DNA of 64,000 nucleotides from NCBI GenBank assembly GCA_963758495.1, contig CAVWVI010000003.1, positions 896,001-960,000 of the forward strand. Direction: 5' to 3'. The position numbers and the translations under genes were made by a program. Of this stretch, positions 1-11,477 are shown one piece after another (position 1 is the stretch's first letter; each line of letters opens with the position of its first letter). Below the pieces are notes generated by a model. It had not been told where the DNA came from. It saw only the letters and a list, made by a program, of their open reading frames with translations, and made no database searches. The stretch comes from Oligoflexia bacterium (lineage in GTDB: Bacteria; Bdellovibrionota; UBA1018).

Positions 1-49
1 TTTTTCCTTTTTGCTGCTTACGCCACTTAACTCTTTTGGGTGATAACAT
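1..49 (-). CDS. rplP: 50S ribosomal protein L16 (5' part only, runs off window)
   Basis: Manual translation MLSPKRVKWRKQQKGK; follows rpsC. Confidence 0.9.
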   Translation of the reverse strand, partial: MLSPKRVKWRKQQKGK

Positions 50-58
50 AATTAATCC

Positions 59-732
59 TTACGTCCCTTGCATAGCCTTAGCTTCAAGAGCTGCCTGTTT
101 CTTCAAGGTATGCACCTCGCCGTGGTACACCCATGCTTTAACGCCAATCACTCCATAAGTCGTACGAGCTTCTGCAGTACCGTAATCAATATTCGCTCGC
201 AGAGTATGCAATGGAACACTGTCTTCGCTATACCATTCAGTACGAGCGATTTCAGCGCCTCCAAGACGTCCAGATACTCGAATTTTAATTCCCTTAATGC
301 CTTGCTTAAATGCAGCGGTCATACACTTCTTCATCGCTCGACGAAAAGCAACTCGCTTTTCAAGCTGTGAAGCCACATTTTCAGCAATCAAGGTTGCATT
401 TGATTCTGGCTTTTTCACTTCAATGATATTCAAAAACACTTCATTTTTTGAAAGCTTTTGAACATCACTCTTTAAGGATTCAACGCCAGCACCTTTTTTC
501 CCAATCACGATTCCAGGACGAGCAGTGTGAACATTAATCTTCACTTTATTTGCAGCGCGCTCAATTTCAATCCGAGCAATCCCTGCACCCTGAAGCTTCT
601 CTTTCAGATGTTCACGAAGACTGAATATCTTCATGCAATAAGTCGACTGTAATCGCGTTTTGCGAACCAGCGACTATCCCAAGTTCGGGTAATTCCTAAG
701 CGAAATCCAACTGGATTAACTTTTTGACCCAT
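59..732 (-). CDS. rpsC: 30S ribosomal protein S3 (one frameshift near 640, probable assembly indel)
   Basis: [13 protein letters not shown] start at 732; [12 protein letters not shown] and [13 protein letters not shown] in ORF 59..634. Confidence 0.95.
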
Positions 733-742
733 GTTCTCCTCA

Positions 743-1079
743 TCACCGCTCTGCGAGCGTTACGCTCACGTGGCTAGTTTTCTTATTAATTCGAAATGCA
801 GACCCTTTAGCTCGCGGACGAAAACGCTTCAAGTGTGGTGCCTTGACCTACTAAAATCGTCTTCACAAAAAGAGTGTCCACATCAACTGTTCCCTTTTGG
901 TCCGCATTCGCCGCTGCACTCTTCAACAGTGTGTGCAGCACATGGGCAGTACGCTTTCTCGGAGAGAACTGCAAATAAGTCAACGCCTCGTTGATTCCCT
1001 TGCCTCTAACCTCATCCGCCAGCAAACCCATCTTTCTTGGGGTAATTCGGACAAAACTAACTTTTGCTGTAACTTGCAT
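743..1079 (-). CDS. rplV: 50S ribosomal protein L22 (frameshifted)
   Basis: [28 protein letters not shown]-terminal [11 protein letters not shown] in another frame. Confidence 0.93.
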
Positions 1080-1093
1080 TGCTTACTCCTACT

Positions 1094-1452
1094 TTAAGCT
1101 TTCGACGAAGCGGCTGCACCGCTTCCTCCGGCTTTAGGTGCTCCAGCTCCCGCTGACGGTGCACTGCTGATGCCCCCTCTGCGGCCTTCTTATCCGCTGG
1201 AGTATGTCCATGGAAGGTACGAGTAGTAGAAAACTCACCTAACTTATGACCCACCATGTTTTCAGTTACATAAACAGGAACAAACTTCTTTCCGTTATGA
1301 ACCGCAAAGGTCAAACCTACAAAATCAGGCAATACTGTAGATCGGCGAGACCAAGTTTTGATCACTTTACGATCTTGGGCCTGCCGTGCAGTTTGAACCT
1401 TCTTTACCAGATGTTCATCACAAAAAGGGCCTTTTTTAATTGAACGGGCCAC
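1094..1452 (-). CDS. rpsS: 30S ribosomal protein S19 with probable Ala/Gly-rich C-terminal tail (frameshift in tail, end approximate)
   Basis: [27 protein letters not shown]. Confidence 0.95.
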
Positions 1453-1464
1453 GATTCACTCTCC

Positions 1465-2303
1465 TTACCGACGATGTTTCACGATAAAAGCGTCAGTACG
1501 CTTGTTGTTACGAGTTTTATATCCTTTGGTAGGTACACCCCAAGGTGTACGAGGATGACCACCTCCGGATGACTTTTCCTTCACCACCACCATGCGGGTG
1601 ATCGATAGGATTCATCGAAACACCTCGGTTTGTGGGACGAACTCCCAACCAACGATTACGACCAGCTTTACCAATCGTCATATTCTCATGGTCTGTATTA
1701 GATAACTGACCAATCGATGCACGACAACGAGCATGAAGCAAGCGAATTTCACCACTCGGCATTTTAACCTGGCAGTAGTCGCCTTCTTTTGCCATCAATT
1801 GAGCAAATCCACCAGCTGAACGACCTAGTTTACCACCATGACCTGGCTCGACTTCAATATTATGAATCAGAGTTCCGACAGGAATCGCAGATAACGAAAG
1901 ATTATTTCCTGGCTTAATATCAGCTTGATCACTCGCTAATACTGGATCACCTACATTCAAATTGAGAGGAGCAAGAATATAACGTCTTCTCACCATCCTC
2001 ATAATTTAAAAGAGCAATGTAAGCTGTACGATTTGGATCATACTCTACGAGATGCTACATTTGCTGGAATCTCACGCTTGTCACGAAGAAAATCAATCAC
2101 GCGATACTTGCGCTTATGACCGCCACCGATGTGACGAACAGTCATCTTCCCAAATTGGTTACGTCCACCGGTTTTATTGAAAGCGACTATCAAGCTTTCT
2201 TGGCTTGTGAGGCTGCTTCTTCTGTAGGTGTCAGAACCGAAAAATCTGCAACAGTTTTGTATCGCAGAGACGGTGTAATTGGTTTAAAGGATTTAATCGC
2301 CAT
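1465..2303 (-). CDS. rplB: 50S ribosomal protein L2 (several frameshifts)
   Basis: [14 protein letters not shown] start; [26 protein letters not shown]. Confidence 0.95.
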
Positions 2304-2311
2304 AGATCAAC

Positions 2312-2602
2312 TCACTTTGTTTGGAAGAATTCAATCTTCTGACCTTCAGCCAAAGTGACCAGCGCTTTCTTCCAATTAGGGCGTTTTGTCTCAAAGCGTC
2401 CAACACGCTTTACTTTGCCATGCATGACCATTGTTCGAACATCACGAACCTTAACATTAAATAGGTGTTGAACTGCGTCCCTGATTTCTTGTTTGTTGGC
2501 TTTCAATGCGACTTCAAAAGCATAACGACCTGCCACTTCGGCAAGAGCTGTGCTTTTTTCGCTGATAATGGGCCTACGAATAACTTCATAAAGTGTACGC
2601 AT
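2312..2602 (-). CDS. rplW: 50S ribosomal protein L23
   Basis: [15 protein letters not shown]. Confidence 0.96.
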   Translation of the reverse strand: MRTLYEVIRRPIISEKSTALAEVAGRYAFEVALKANKQEIRDAVQHLFNVKVRDVRTMVMHGKVKRVGRFETKRPNWKKALVTLAEGQKIEFFQTK

Positions 2603-2615
2603 TCGTCACCTCACC

Positions 2616-3248
2616 TTAACTCGTCGGTGCTAGACGAGTTTCAATCGCTTGCACTGCTCGTTTCGTAAATACAACCCATTCATTTCGAACCACATCATAG
2701 ACATTTAACCCTTCAGTCCGAAGAACTTTCACTCGTGGCAATATTACGCCCAGAAAGCTCTAAATTCGGATTCGCATCATCTACGATCAGAACTTGATCT
2801 AGTTGAAGTTTACTCTTAAGAATTGCATCTAATACTTTGGTCTTTGCTCGCTTCAAGAGTTGAACTCATCCACTACAAGAAGACGATTCGCCTTTACACG
2901 ATCAGAAAGAGCTGACCGCAAAGCTCCACGAACCATTTCCTTAGGTGTAGCTTGCTCGTAAGATCTAGGTTGAGGACCGAAGTTTTGACCACCACCTGGC
3001 TGCAACGGAGAACGGATAGAACCTTGTCGTGCGTTACCTGTTCCTTTTTGACGGAATGGCTTACGACCACCCCCTCGAACTTCTGACTTTGTCTTGGTCT
3101 TAGCGGTTCCTTGACGACGACCTGCAAGCTGAGCCTTAAGTACTTGATGCACTAAAGGTACATTTACAGCTACAGCAAACACATCATCACGAAGCTCGAT
3201 AGTTCCGACTTTTTCCTTTTCTTGATTAATTAATTCTAAAGTTGGCAT
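2616..3248 (-). CDS. rplD: 50S ribosomal protein L4 (frameshifted in 3' third)
   Basis: [34 protein letters not shown]-terminus LNVYDVVR...TRLAPTS* in another frame. Confidence 0.95.
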
Positions 3249-3251
3249 ATC

Positions 3252-4001
3252 TTACCCTGCGTTCTTCACAGTTCGGCGAATGGTCACGATCCCACTCCGA
3301 GGTCCTGGAACACTCCCGTGAACCAAAAGAAGCTGGTTTTCGAGATCGACTCGAACAACTCGAACATTTTCAACGGTTACTCGCTCGTTGCCCATTTGAC
3401 CGGCCATTTTTTTGTTTTTGAAACACTTTCCAGGATCAGCACGATTACCGATAGAACCCAACGAACGGTGAGAAAGGGACGCGCCGTGGGTTTTGTAACC
3501 ACCGGCCATGTGGAAACGCTTCATTCCACCTTGAAATCCTTTACCTTTACTGACTGCAGTCAAATCGACTAAGTCGCCTGGCTTTAACAAATTCAGGAGA
3601 AAGCGCTTTTCCGACAGTTAAGCCATCTAAGCTTGCCATCAGCAGGAAGACGAAATTCTTGATAATGATAAAAACCTGTAGCACCAGCTGGCTTAACATG
3701 ACCTTGTTCAGACTTAGTTGCTGCTTTAGCTTTCTTTTCCAGAAAACCGACTTGAACAGCTTGATATCCATTTGTCTTCTGTGTTTTAACTTGTGTAATC
3801 ACAGTTGGTTTCAGATCAATGACTGTTACAGCAATCGAATCGCCATTTTCGTTATAGACTTGAGTCATGCCTGCTTTAACGCCCAAAATGCCGCCTCGGC
3901 CTTGAGCTAAAGCTACACGTTCACGCGACAGCTAAATCTTTATGTGCACTTTGCGCAGTGGAATCACCGCTACTAGCCTGTGCATCCGGCTTTTGTTCCA
4001 T
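3252..4001 (-). CDS. rplC: 50S ribosomal protein L3 (frameshifted; probable N-terminal extension from ATG 4001)
   Basis: GVKAGMTQ, GYQAVQVG, SKGKGFQG, KKMAGQMG; GGAGAG RBS before ATG at 4001. Confidence 0.93.
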
Positions 4002-4267
4002 AATGCTCTCCAAGACGAATTATTCGTCCTTTTCAATCTTTCTTACGAACCTACCGTCACAGCATCACCGGGAAGCCGCCTTGTTTTTATTTTAGGCCGC
4101 CGGATGCTTTCATGCGATAATCGTTGAGTTTGTCGACTTTCCCTTTGGGAATACCTTTTACGGTAATGCAAAGAGGAGTTTCGATCTTACTCCATTTGTG
4201 CTCTGCGCCTAATGCGCAAATTTAAACACACAAGAACCATCTTAAATTTTGATCTTACAATCAAAAC

Positions 4268-4579
4268 TTAAGACTTAATCTCAACATCAACTCCTGCTGA
4301 CAAATCGAGCTTCATCAACGAGTCAACCGTCTGCTGTGTCGGCTCAAGGATATCCAAAAGCCGCTTATGAGTTCGAACTTCGAACTGTTCACGGGACTTT
4401 TTATCTACATGAGGCGAACGCAAAACGCAATACTTATTAATCACAGTTGGAAGCGGAATTGGGCCACGGACTGTGGCACCTGTTCGCTTTGCTGTATTCA
4501 CGATTTCCCAGACGGACTGATCGAGAACACGATGATCAAAAGCTTTTAATTTAATTCTAATTTTATGTTCCATTGCCAT
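4268..4579 (-). CDS. rpsJ: 30S ribosomal protein S10
   Basis: [24 protein letters not shown]. Confidence 0.98.
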   Translation of the reverse strand: MAMEHKIRIKLKAFDHRVLDQSVWEIVNTAKRTGATVRGPIPLPTVINKYCVLRSPHVDKKSREQFEVRTHKRLLDILEPTQQTVDSLMKLDLSAGVDVEIKS

Positions 4580-4718
4580 AATTCACATCTCCATAATTAA
4601 TATACAAAGGGTAGTTACCTTGGCACCGATGTGATACCGAACCAAGCAATCTATCCCTAAACGTCAGAAGAAGCGTTTTATACAAGGTTTAAAAATCAAA
4701 AACAACTGAAAAAAGAGC

Positions 4719-6813
4719 TCATCTTATAATTATGCCAGATTTAATTTTGATCTCTTCAGCAATCTGGGGAGGAACGGGCTCATAATGAGCAAATTCCATA
4801 GTATACGTTGCGCGGCCTTGAGAAGAAGACCTGAGAGCAGTGGAGTATCCAAACATAGTCGCTAGAGGCACTTCAGCCTTAATCACTTGAAGCCCATGTC
4901 TTGATGACATATTAATAATTTTTCCACGACGACTATTTAAATCCCCAATAACTCCGCCCATGTAATCATCGGGACACACAATCTCACACGACATCATGGG
5001 CTCCAAAATAAGTGGAGTTGCTTTCAGAGCAGCCTCTCTAAATGCCATAGATGCTGCAATTTTATAAGCTATTTCAGTTGAGTCCACATCATGAAAGGAC
5101 CCATCCAGTAGGGTCGCCTTAATATCCACCACTGGATATCCCGCAACAATCCCCCCAAGCATAGATTCGCTGAATCCCTTTATCTACTGCCGGAATAAAT
5201 TCCTTTGGAATCGCTCCCTCTCGAATCGAATTTACAAATTGATATCCGAGACCTTTACTTAAAGGTTCAAACTTCAGTACGCAATGACCGTATTGACCTT
5301 TGCCACCGGACTGCCGAATAAACTTACCTTCGCCTTGAGCAGTCTGAGAAATAGTTTCTTTATAAGAAACTTGCGGCTGACCTACATTTCCTTCAATTTT
5401 GAACTCGCGGCGCATTCGATCAACGATAATCTCTAAATGAAGCTCACCCATACCACTAATGAGCGTCTGCCCAGTATCTTCATTAGAGTGAACACGAAAA
5501 GAGGGATCTTCCATGGCAAGCCGCTGTAACGAAGTCGCCAATTTTTCTTGATCAGCCTTCGTTTTTGGTTCAATCGCAATAGAAATCACAGGCTCAGGAA
5601 ACTCAATTTTTTCGAGTAGAATAGGATGAGCTTCATTACATAAAGTATCACCTGTAAAAGTAAAACGAAGGCCGACGGCCGCTGCTATATCACCTGCTTC
5701 AACTTTCGAAATATCTTCACGTTTATTTGCGTGCATCTGGAGCAATCTTCCTAATCGCTCACGTTTGCCTTTAGCGGCGTTATAAACCATTACTCCTGAT
5801 TCAATACTTCCTGAATAAACACGAAAATAAGTCAGCTGACCTACATAAGGATCATTCATGATTTTGAAAGCAAGAGCCGCAAAAGGCTCATCTGCACTCG
5901 CTTTTCTAGTAAGAATTTTTTCTTCGTTGTGGAGATCTTTGCCTTCAATAGGAGGCTTATCTAAAGGTGATGGCAGATAATCCACAATTGCATCTAGCAA
6001 GGGCTGGACACCTTTATTTTTAAAACTAGCCCCGCAAATCACGGGAACCAACTTCATCGCTAAACAGCCTTTTCGAATGGCTCCACGAATCTCGTCTGAA
6101 GTTAACGTTTGACCATTTAAATACTTATCGGTGATCTCATCATCACAGTCTGCGGCTGCCTCTAAGAGCTTCTCTCTGTACTCTTGAGCTTCAGCACGCA
6201 ATTCCTCTGGAATCTCATGTTTTTCAAAAGTTGCTCCGAGATCTTCCGATTGCCAAACAACAGCATTCATTTCAATGAGATCAATAATTCCCTGAAATGA
6301 CGTCTTCCTTACCCCAAGGAAGCTGAAGAAGCAACAGGACGGGCATTTAAACGCTCTTGAATTTGCGTAACAACATCAAAAAAATCCGCTCCCACACGAT
6401 CCATTTTATTGATGAAAGCAATTCGAGGAACATGGTATTTATTTGCTTGTCGCCAAACTGTTTCGGATTGAGGCTCAACTCCTCCCACAGCACAAAAAAC
6501 TGCGACTGCACCATCGAGAACACGCAGATGAACGTTCAACTTCAATCGTGAAATCAACGTGTCCAGGAGTATCAATGATATTGATTCGATGATTACGCCA
6601 AAAACAGGTGGTTGCCGCAGATGTAATCGTAATCCCACGCTCTTGCTCTTGCGGCATCCAATCCATGACGGTCGTGCCTTCATGCACTTCACCTAATTTA
6701 TGCGTCTTACCGGTATAATAAAGAATTCGTTCAGTTGTCGTCGTCTTACCGGCATCAATATGGGCCATGATGCCGATATTACGAGTCTTTGTACTCTGAA
6801 GTTGGCTCACCAT
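4719..6813 (-). CDS. fusA: Elongation factor G (split into four ORFs by frameshifts)
   Basis: [58 protein letters not shown]. Confidence 0.96.
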
Positions 6814-7277
6814 CGATAGTGTGCAAAAGCTTTATTAGCTTCAGCCATTTTATGAACGTCTTCACGCTTTTTCATTGCGCCACCACGACCATTGGAAGCT
6901 TCAATCATCTCTGCAGCTAGACGTTCGGCCATAGAATGCTCAGGACGAGTACGTGCTGATTCGATCAACCAGCGAGATGCCAGAGATTGGCGACGAGCAG
7001 GCTTCACTTCTACAGGAACCTGATAGGTAGCACCACCGACTCGGCGGGACTTGACTTCGAGAAGAGGCTTTACGTTTTCAAGAGCTTTCTTGAAAAGCTT
7101 AAGACCATCTTCACCCGTGCGAGTTTGCATTACATCTACACAGCCATAGAAAATGCTCTCAGCTGTTGATTTCTTACCTTCTTTGAGGAGGCTGCTAATA
7201 AATTTAGCAACAACTACATCATTGAATTTCGGATCAGGTAGAATTTCACGTTTACGAATATAATTTTTACGGCCCAT
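6807..7277 (-). CDS. rpsG: 30S ribosomal protein S7
   Basis: [25 protein letters not shown]. Confidence 0.98.
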   Translation of the reverse strand: MGRKNYIRKREILPDPKFNDVVVAKFISSLLKEGKKSTAESIFYGCVDVMQTRTGEDGLKLFKKALENVKPLLEVKSRRVGGATYQVPVEVKPARRQSLASRWLIESARTRPEHSMAERLAAEMIEASNGRGGAMKKREDVHKMAEANKAFAHYRW

Positions 7278-7305
7278 TTCAATCGTTCCTTAAATTGAAT
7301 TAAAT

Positions 7306-7705
7306 TTACTTCGCTGCGGGTGCTGCAGCTCCTGAAGCTACGCGTTTTGCACCATACTTCGAGCGACTTTGCTTTCGATTTGCCACACCCTGTGCATCGA
7401 GAGTACCTCGCACAGTATGGTAACGAACACCTGGAAGGTCTTTTACTCGGCCTCCGCGAATTAAGAACAATAGAGTGTTCTTGGAGGTTATGACCAATAC
7501 CTGGAATGTAAGAAGTAACTTCATACCCGTTTGTCAGTCGAACACGGCAAACCTTACGAAGTGCCGAATTAGGCTTCTTCGGAGTGGTTGTATAAACACG
7601 CGTACAAACGCCGCGGCGTTGTGGGCAACTTTGAAGAGCTGGAGACTTGGTCTTCCATGGCTTATTTGTGCGGCCCTTTCGAATGAGCTGATTGATCGTG
7701 GGCAT
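7306..7705 (-). CDS. rpsL: 30S ribosomal protein S12 (one frameshift near 7465)
   Basis: [32 protein letters not shown] in second frame. Confidence 0.97.
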
Positions 7706-8016
7706 GAACTACGTTTCCTTTCCTATCCATTTCTTTACTAAAATCTAGATTTTTAGCTAAAACTATTTCTCGCCAGGTGTGAGACTAGCTCACAGTTTAA
7801 ATAATACTCCTGGGCGCGAAGGCCCAGAAAATAGACGAGTAAGAAGATATGGTCAAGAGGAATCTCTTGTTTGTTAGCTTTCCACCCGCAGTTTATAGAT
7901 TAATTTCTAGGTATTTTGAATTCCAAAGCCAAAAACCCATTGAAAATTCAATTTATATCAACTTACGACTCAATTACTTGACATAAATACTTTTATAAAT
8001 TCAATCCATAAAGCAG

Positions 8017-8032
8017 TGGCCCTTCGATTGCA
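8017..8032 (+). promoter_or_regulatory. Putative sigma54 (-24/-12) promoter TGGCCC-N5-TTGCA
   Basis: Near-consensus GG-N10-GC 30 nt upstream of ATG 8062, AT-rich upstream DNA. Confidence 0.6.
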
Positions 8033-8061
8033 TCTTCTTCGTCAACAAAAGGACGATACAA

Positions 8062-8595
8062 ATGAAATCTACCCTATCATCCCTCTCGATTAGCTCTCTC
8101 AGCTTGATTACACTCACTTTTTTTGCACTGAGTTTACGCTGCCAAGCTGAAACTTCTCCTTACTCCGTTGGAGGATTGGCAGGTGTTACTATTGGAAATA
8201 GCACCACGCAATTTACCTTTGGTGCAGAAGGGCAATATCAAATTACCCCCCCCTGGAGCATAGGAGCAGAGATTACTTATTATAATGCTGGATCAGGCAT
8301 CCCTGGAGTTTCTTATAGCAGCAGTTTTACGACTCTCACTGCACAGGGGCTCTATGATTTTAAAGACGTCCTCGAAGGTCTTCATGCAGGAGCTCAATTA
8401 GGTTTGGGGTTTACCTCCACTAATATTCCAGGAGTCTCTGGATCCACCAACTTTATTATCGGTCCGACTGCTGAGTATAACTACATGATGGGGAATCAAA
8501 TTTCGGTGGGCGGTGAAACGACTTTATACTTCAACACACTCAGTGGGAGTTCCCCCATTTTACAAATCTTGGCGGCTGTTAAATACTGGTTTTGA
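8062..8595 (+). CDS. Small outer-membrane beta-barrel protein (OmpA/OmpW-like 8-strand type)
   Basis: Signal peptide, alternating amphipathic strands, C-terminal KYWF. Confidence 0.75.
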   Translation: MKSTLSSLSISSLSLITLTFFALSLRCQAETSPYSVGGLAGVTIGNSTTQFTFGAEGQYQITPPWSIGAEITYYNAGSGIPGVSYSSSFTTLTAQGLYDFKDVLEGLHAGAQLGLGFTSTNIPGVSGSTNFIIGPTAEYNYMMGNQISVGGETTLYFNTLSGSSPILQILAAVKYWF

Positions 8596-8618
8596 TATTT
8601 AATAAAGGATGAGCACCT

Positions 8619-9296
8619 TTATAACATCAATGGAAGACTGACAGAAAATAGAAAATTTGAATGAGTGATGCTATCTCCTGAAGCGAAGTTTGTGACTGTG
8701 CCTCCAGAAGTAATCGAGTTATAAGTCGAATAAATGTATTCCACATTAATGCTCACCAAAGGAATGAGCTTAAACCCTATGCCGCCTTTGATGGAGGAAC
8801 CACCCAGAGTGGATTGAGAATTCGCCGCATTAGATATACCACCCGTGATATCCGTTGCATTGAGTTTATCTAAAAAATTAAAACCACCCCAGACTCGAAG
8901 TGGAAACATAGGCACGTCAACTCCTGCCACAACTCCTAATTTCGTTTTGGAGATACTAGAAAACTCTGAAGTCGTTCCTGAAGGTGGGCTAATGCTCAGG
9001 CTCGGATCATAACTAAAATCTGCCCCCACAAAAAACATTTCGGCAAAACCTATTGAAGCTCGCCCTCCCACACTCACGCCACTCATAGTTCCAAGACTTG
9101 TAGAAGTGCCTGAGAAAGTCTGATTGGTACTTCCCAATCCTTCATAACCTACGTAGGGTTCTACCATAAAAGAAGTGCCGGCCTCTGCATAAGCGCCACT
9201 CATGAAAAACAATCCAGACATAACTATCACCACATTGATTGGATTTTTGAAACGCACGCGGCCTCCTTTTTTATAATAAAACCTAGAATGAATCAC
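8619..9296 (-). CDS. Outer-membrane beta-barrel protein (true start probably downstream of 9296)
   Basis: Signal peptide ending AYA, VEPYVGYE, Gly-rich beta strands, terminal strand FLFSVSLPLML. Confidence 0.7.
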   Translation of the reverse strand: MIHSRFYYKKGGRVRFKNPINVVIVMSGLFFMSGAYAEAGTSFMVEPYVGYEGLGSTNQTFSGTSTSLGTMSGVSVGGRASIGFAEMFFVGADFSYDPSLSISPPSGTTSEFSSISKTKLGVVAGVDVPMFPLRVWGGFNFLDKLNATDITGGISNAANSQSTLGGSSIKGGIGFKLIPLVSINVEYIYSTYNSITSGGTVTNFASGDSITHSNFLFSVSLPLML

Positions 9297-9576
9297 CCAA
9301 ACTCATAGATGATCATAACTAGATCTAGTGATGATTTCACCTTCTTATTTCTTATAATTTAATTTTCTTTTAGAATTCGTTGAATCGACAAATTATTGTC
9401 GTTTAATCTATTGAAAAACCGACCTCGGAATTAACACCCCGAGCTAATTTCTCTACTGCGGTTGGTATTTTTTCCTCATTGTCTAAATCTAAAACTCCTT
9501 TTAAACTTGTCTAAAGACCAAACAGTCTTATGATGACGGAAAAGCATTACAACAAAAATAAGGGAGATCTTTTCAA

Positions 9577-10188
9577 ATGAAAAAGACACTAATAACCAGT
9601 GTGATTTTAGCATCAGCAACGATTTTCAGTAGCGTAGCATTTGCAGCCGATAGCCAATGGGAAATTTGGTCTGGCTCACTTGCAAATGTTGTTTTCAATG
9701 GATCGGGTGCTACTGCTACAACAACGACTAATAGCTCAACAACCAATATTAATCTTTTTACTCCATACCAAGGTGGTGTAGGCTTCGGACCTGCTCTCGG
9801 TTATATCCTGGGCAGTAATATCGAAATCAAAGTCACTCCCGGATATTATAGTACAGGAAACACCGCAGTAGGTGGAAGCGCACAAACCGGATATCAATTT
9901 CTGGCCGGCGTAAACTACAGCTTCATGAGCAACATGGAAGATTCCGTTTGGGCGGAAGTACAAGCAGGCGTAGTGAGCATGACCCCTGCTGCTGCCTCCG
10001 GAGTTACCGCTACCAGCAACTCCAATTTTACATGGATGGTTGCAGCAGGTAAGAGATTTTCTATCATGTCTCATGTCACCTGGAATCCTGAAATTAGCTA
10101 TAGCAGCATGTCTCAAGCTGCCACTGTGGCACCTGGAGCAGCAACTCAGCTTACGATTACCCCAGCTCAGTTCACTCTATTTCTTTAA
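9577..10188 (+). CDS. Outer-membrane beta-barrel-like secreted protein
   Basis: Signal peptide MKK...AFA, GGGAG RBS, amphipathic strands ending QFTLFL. Confidence 0.7.
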   Translation: MKKTLITSVILASATIFSSVAFAADSQWEIWSGSLANVVFNGSGATATTTTNSSTTNINLFTPYQGGVGFGPALGYILGSNIEIKVTPGYYSTGNTAVGGSAQTGYQFLAGVNYSFMSNMEDSVWAEVQAGVVSMTPAAASGVTATSNSNFTWMVAAGKRFSIMSHVTWNPEISYSSMSQAATVAPGAATQLTITPAQFTLFL

Positions 10189-10199
10189 GAATGCATTAC

Positions 10200-10232
10200 A
10201 AGCCCAGGGCTCTCTGCTCTGGGCTTCTTTTT
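10200..10232 (+). terminator. Rho-independent terminator
   Basis: AGCCCAGGGC-TCTCT-GCTCTGGGCT followed by T run, just after stop 10188. Confidence 0.85.
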
Positions 10233-10311
10233 AAAATCTACTAAATCAATCTTTTGAAAATTCTCAGCTATTTCTCAAATAAATCATTCGCTTAAAAAAT
10301 CACCTCAACAG

Positions 10312-10821
10312 CTAACTCCCTTTCAATGAGCGCTGATCGGTAAATAGATCAGGAAATTCTAAGTTCTCATTTCTAGCCAAGGCCTTTGCCAACCGAATCA
10401 AATCTGATTTATCTTCAAAAAAGTTTTCCCAAAATATATGGGTTTTCTTCCCATACTTTATCCCAATTCCACTTCGACCATATAGTTTCACTGAAAATAC
10501 GGAAGAAATTTGATCCAATTCAATGTAACGCTTAAAAGACACAGGTAATTTAGGAAAGTATACCTTCTCGTCGTCGACACAAATAAATGCCTTTCCTCGT
10601 CGTATCACTAAAATATTCAAATACATGGAGATGCTTAAAATTAAAGCACTCGTTCCAAACAAAAAAAATGCAACCCTGCCACATGTACAAAATAATCCTC
10701 CAACTTCTGGAGAACAGGATAGTGAATAAAGCGGAAAATATATAATTATTGCGCAAAAAAATAAGAACCCTATCGCAGGCAAACCATTACGCCATTTTAC
10801 TGCCATCTTAAAACATTGCAT
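10312..10821 (-). CDS. Hypothetical membrane protein, candidate immunity protein
   Basis: Two hydrophobic segments then a soluble domain; AT-rich; directly downstream of Gly-rich toxin-like tip. Confidence 0.5.
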   Translation of the reverse strand: MQCFKMAVKWRNGLPAIGFLFFCAIIIYFPLYSLSCSPEVGGLFCTCGRVAFFLFGTSALILSISMYLNILVIRRGKAFICVDDEKVYFPKLPVSFKRYIELDQISSVFSVKLYGRSGIGIKYGKKTHIFWENFFEDKSDLIRLAKALARNENLEFPDLFTDQRSLKGS

Positions 10822-10868
10822 CTAATCTCCAAATCAAATATTGATTTTAAATTATGTCTGAATATTAC

Positions 10869-11477
10869 TCATAGCTGCCAAGGTTTATATTGTCGCGGAT
10901 AGGGGCATGATTTTGGATGCGCAGGATGTGCCACAGGATTTCTGGAGACAGGCACAGTTGGCTTATAAACAGGAATATGAGGTGTAGATGGCGTATTAAT
11001 CACCTGGTCGACAGCAGTCCCAAAAATACTCTTATTTGTTGAATTGACCGTATCAGCAAATTCCGCTCCACGTATGCCGTTATACCCACTAAGTAGGCCG
11101 CTCATTCCTCCAGATATAGCACCTAATCCACCCCATAGCGCATAACTAAACAGAGAAGGAGCACTAGCGTCAGGAAGCAGTGAAGAAAGATAGGTTCCTC
11201 CTACCCCTCCAGCAAACCCTCCGATTGATCCTCCTACAGCTAATCCTCCAGTAGTTCCTAAACTAAAACCATTTGAAATAGCAGGTGCGAAATACATCCC
11301 CGCCGCTACCCCTACACCCCCTGTAAATCCTGTAATTGCCCCACTAGCGGCACCCATTCCTGCACCAGCCCAAAAGCTGCCGCCACCTACGGTGGTCACT
11401 GCTCCACCTATCAACGCGCCTGACGCAGCCCCAATCACTGCACCTTCGACCGCTGCTCCAACGACAGCGCCTATTGA
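10869..11477 (-). pseudogene. 5'-truncated Gly/Ala-rich (glycine zipper) C-terminal fragment resembling an RHS/polymorphic toxin tip
   Basis: Frame opens after a stop with SIGAVVGAAVEGAVIGAASGALIGG; repeated GxxxG; no RBS. Confidence 0.5.

Noticed and set aside
4719..6813. Programmed frameshifting or split EF-G
   Set aside because: Indels affect most neighbouring genes without shared slippery motifs; assembly error is simpler.
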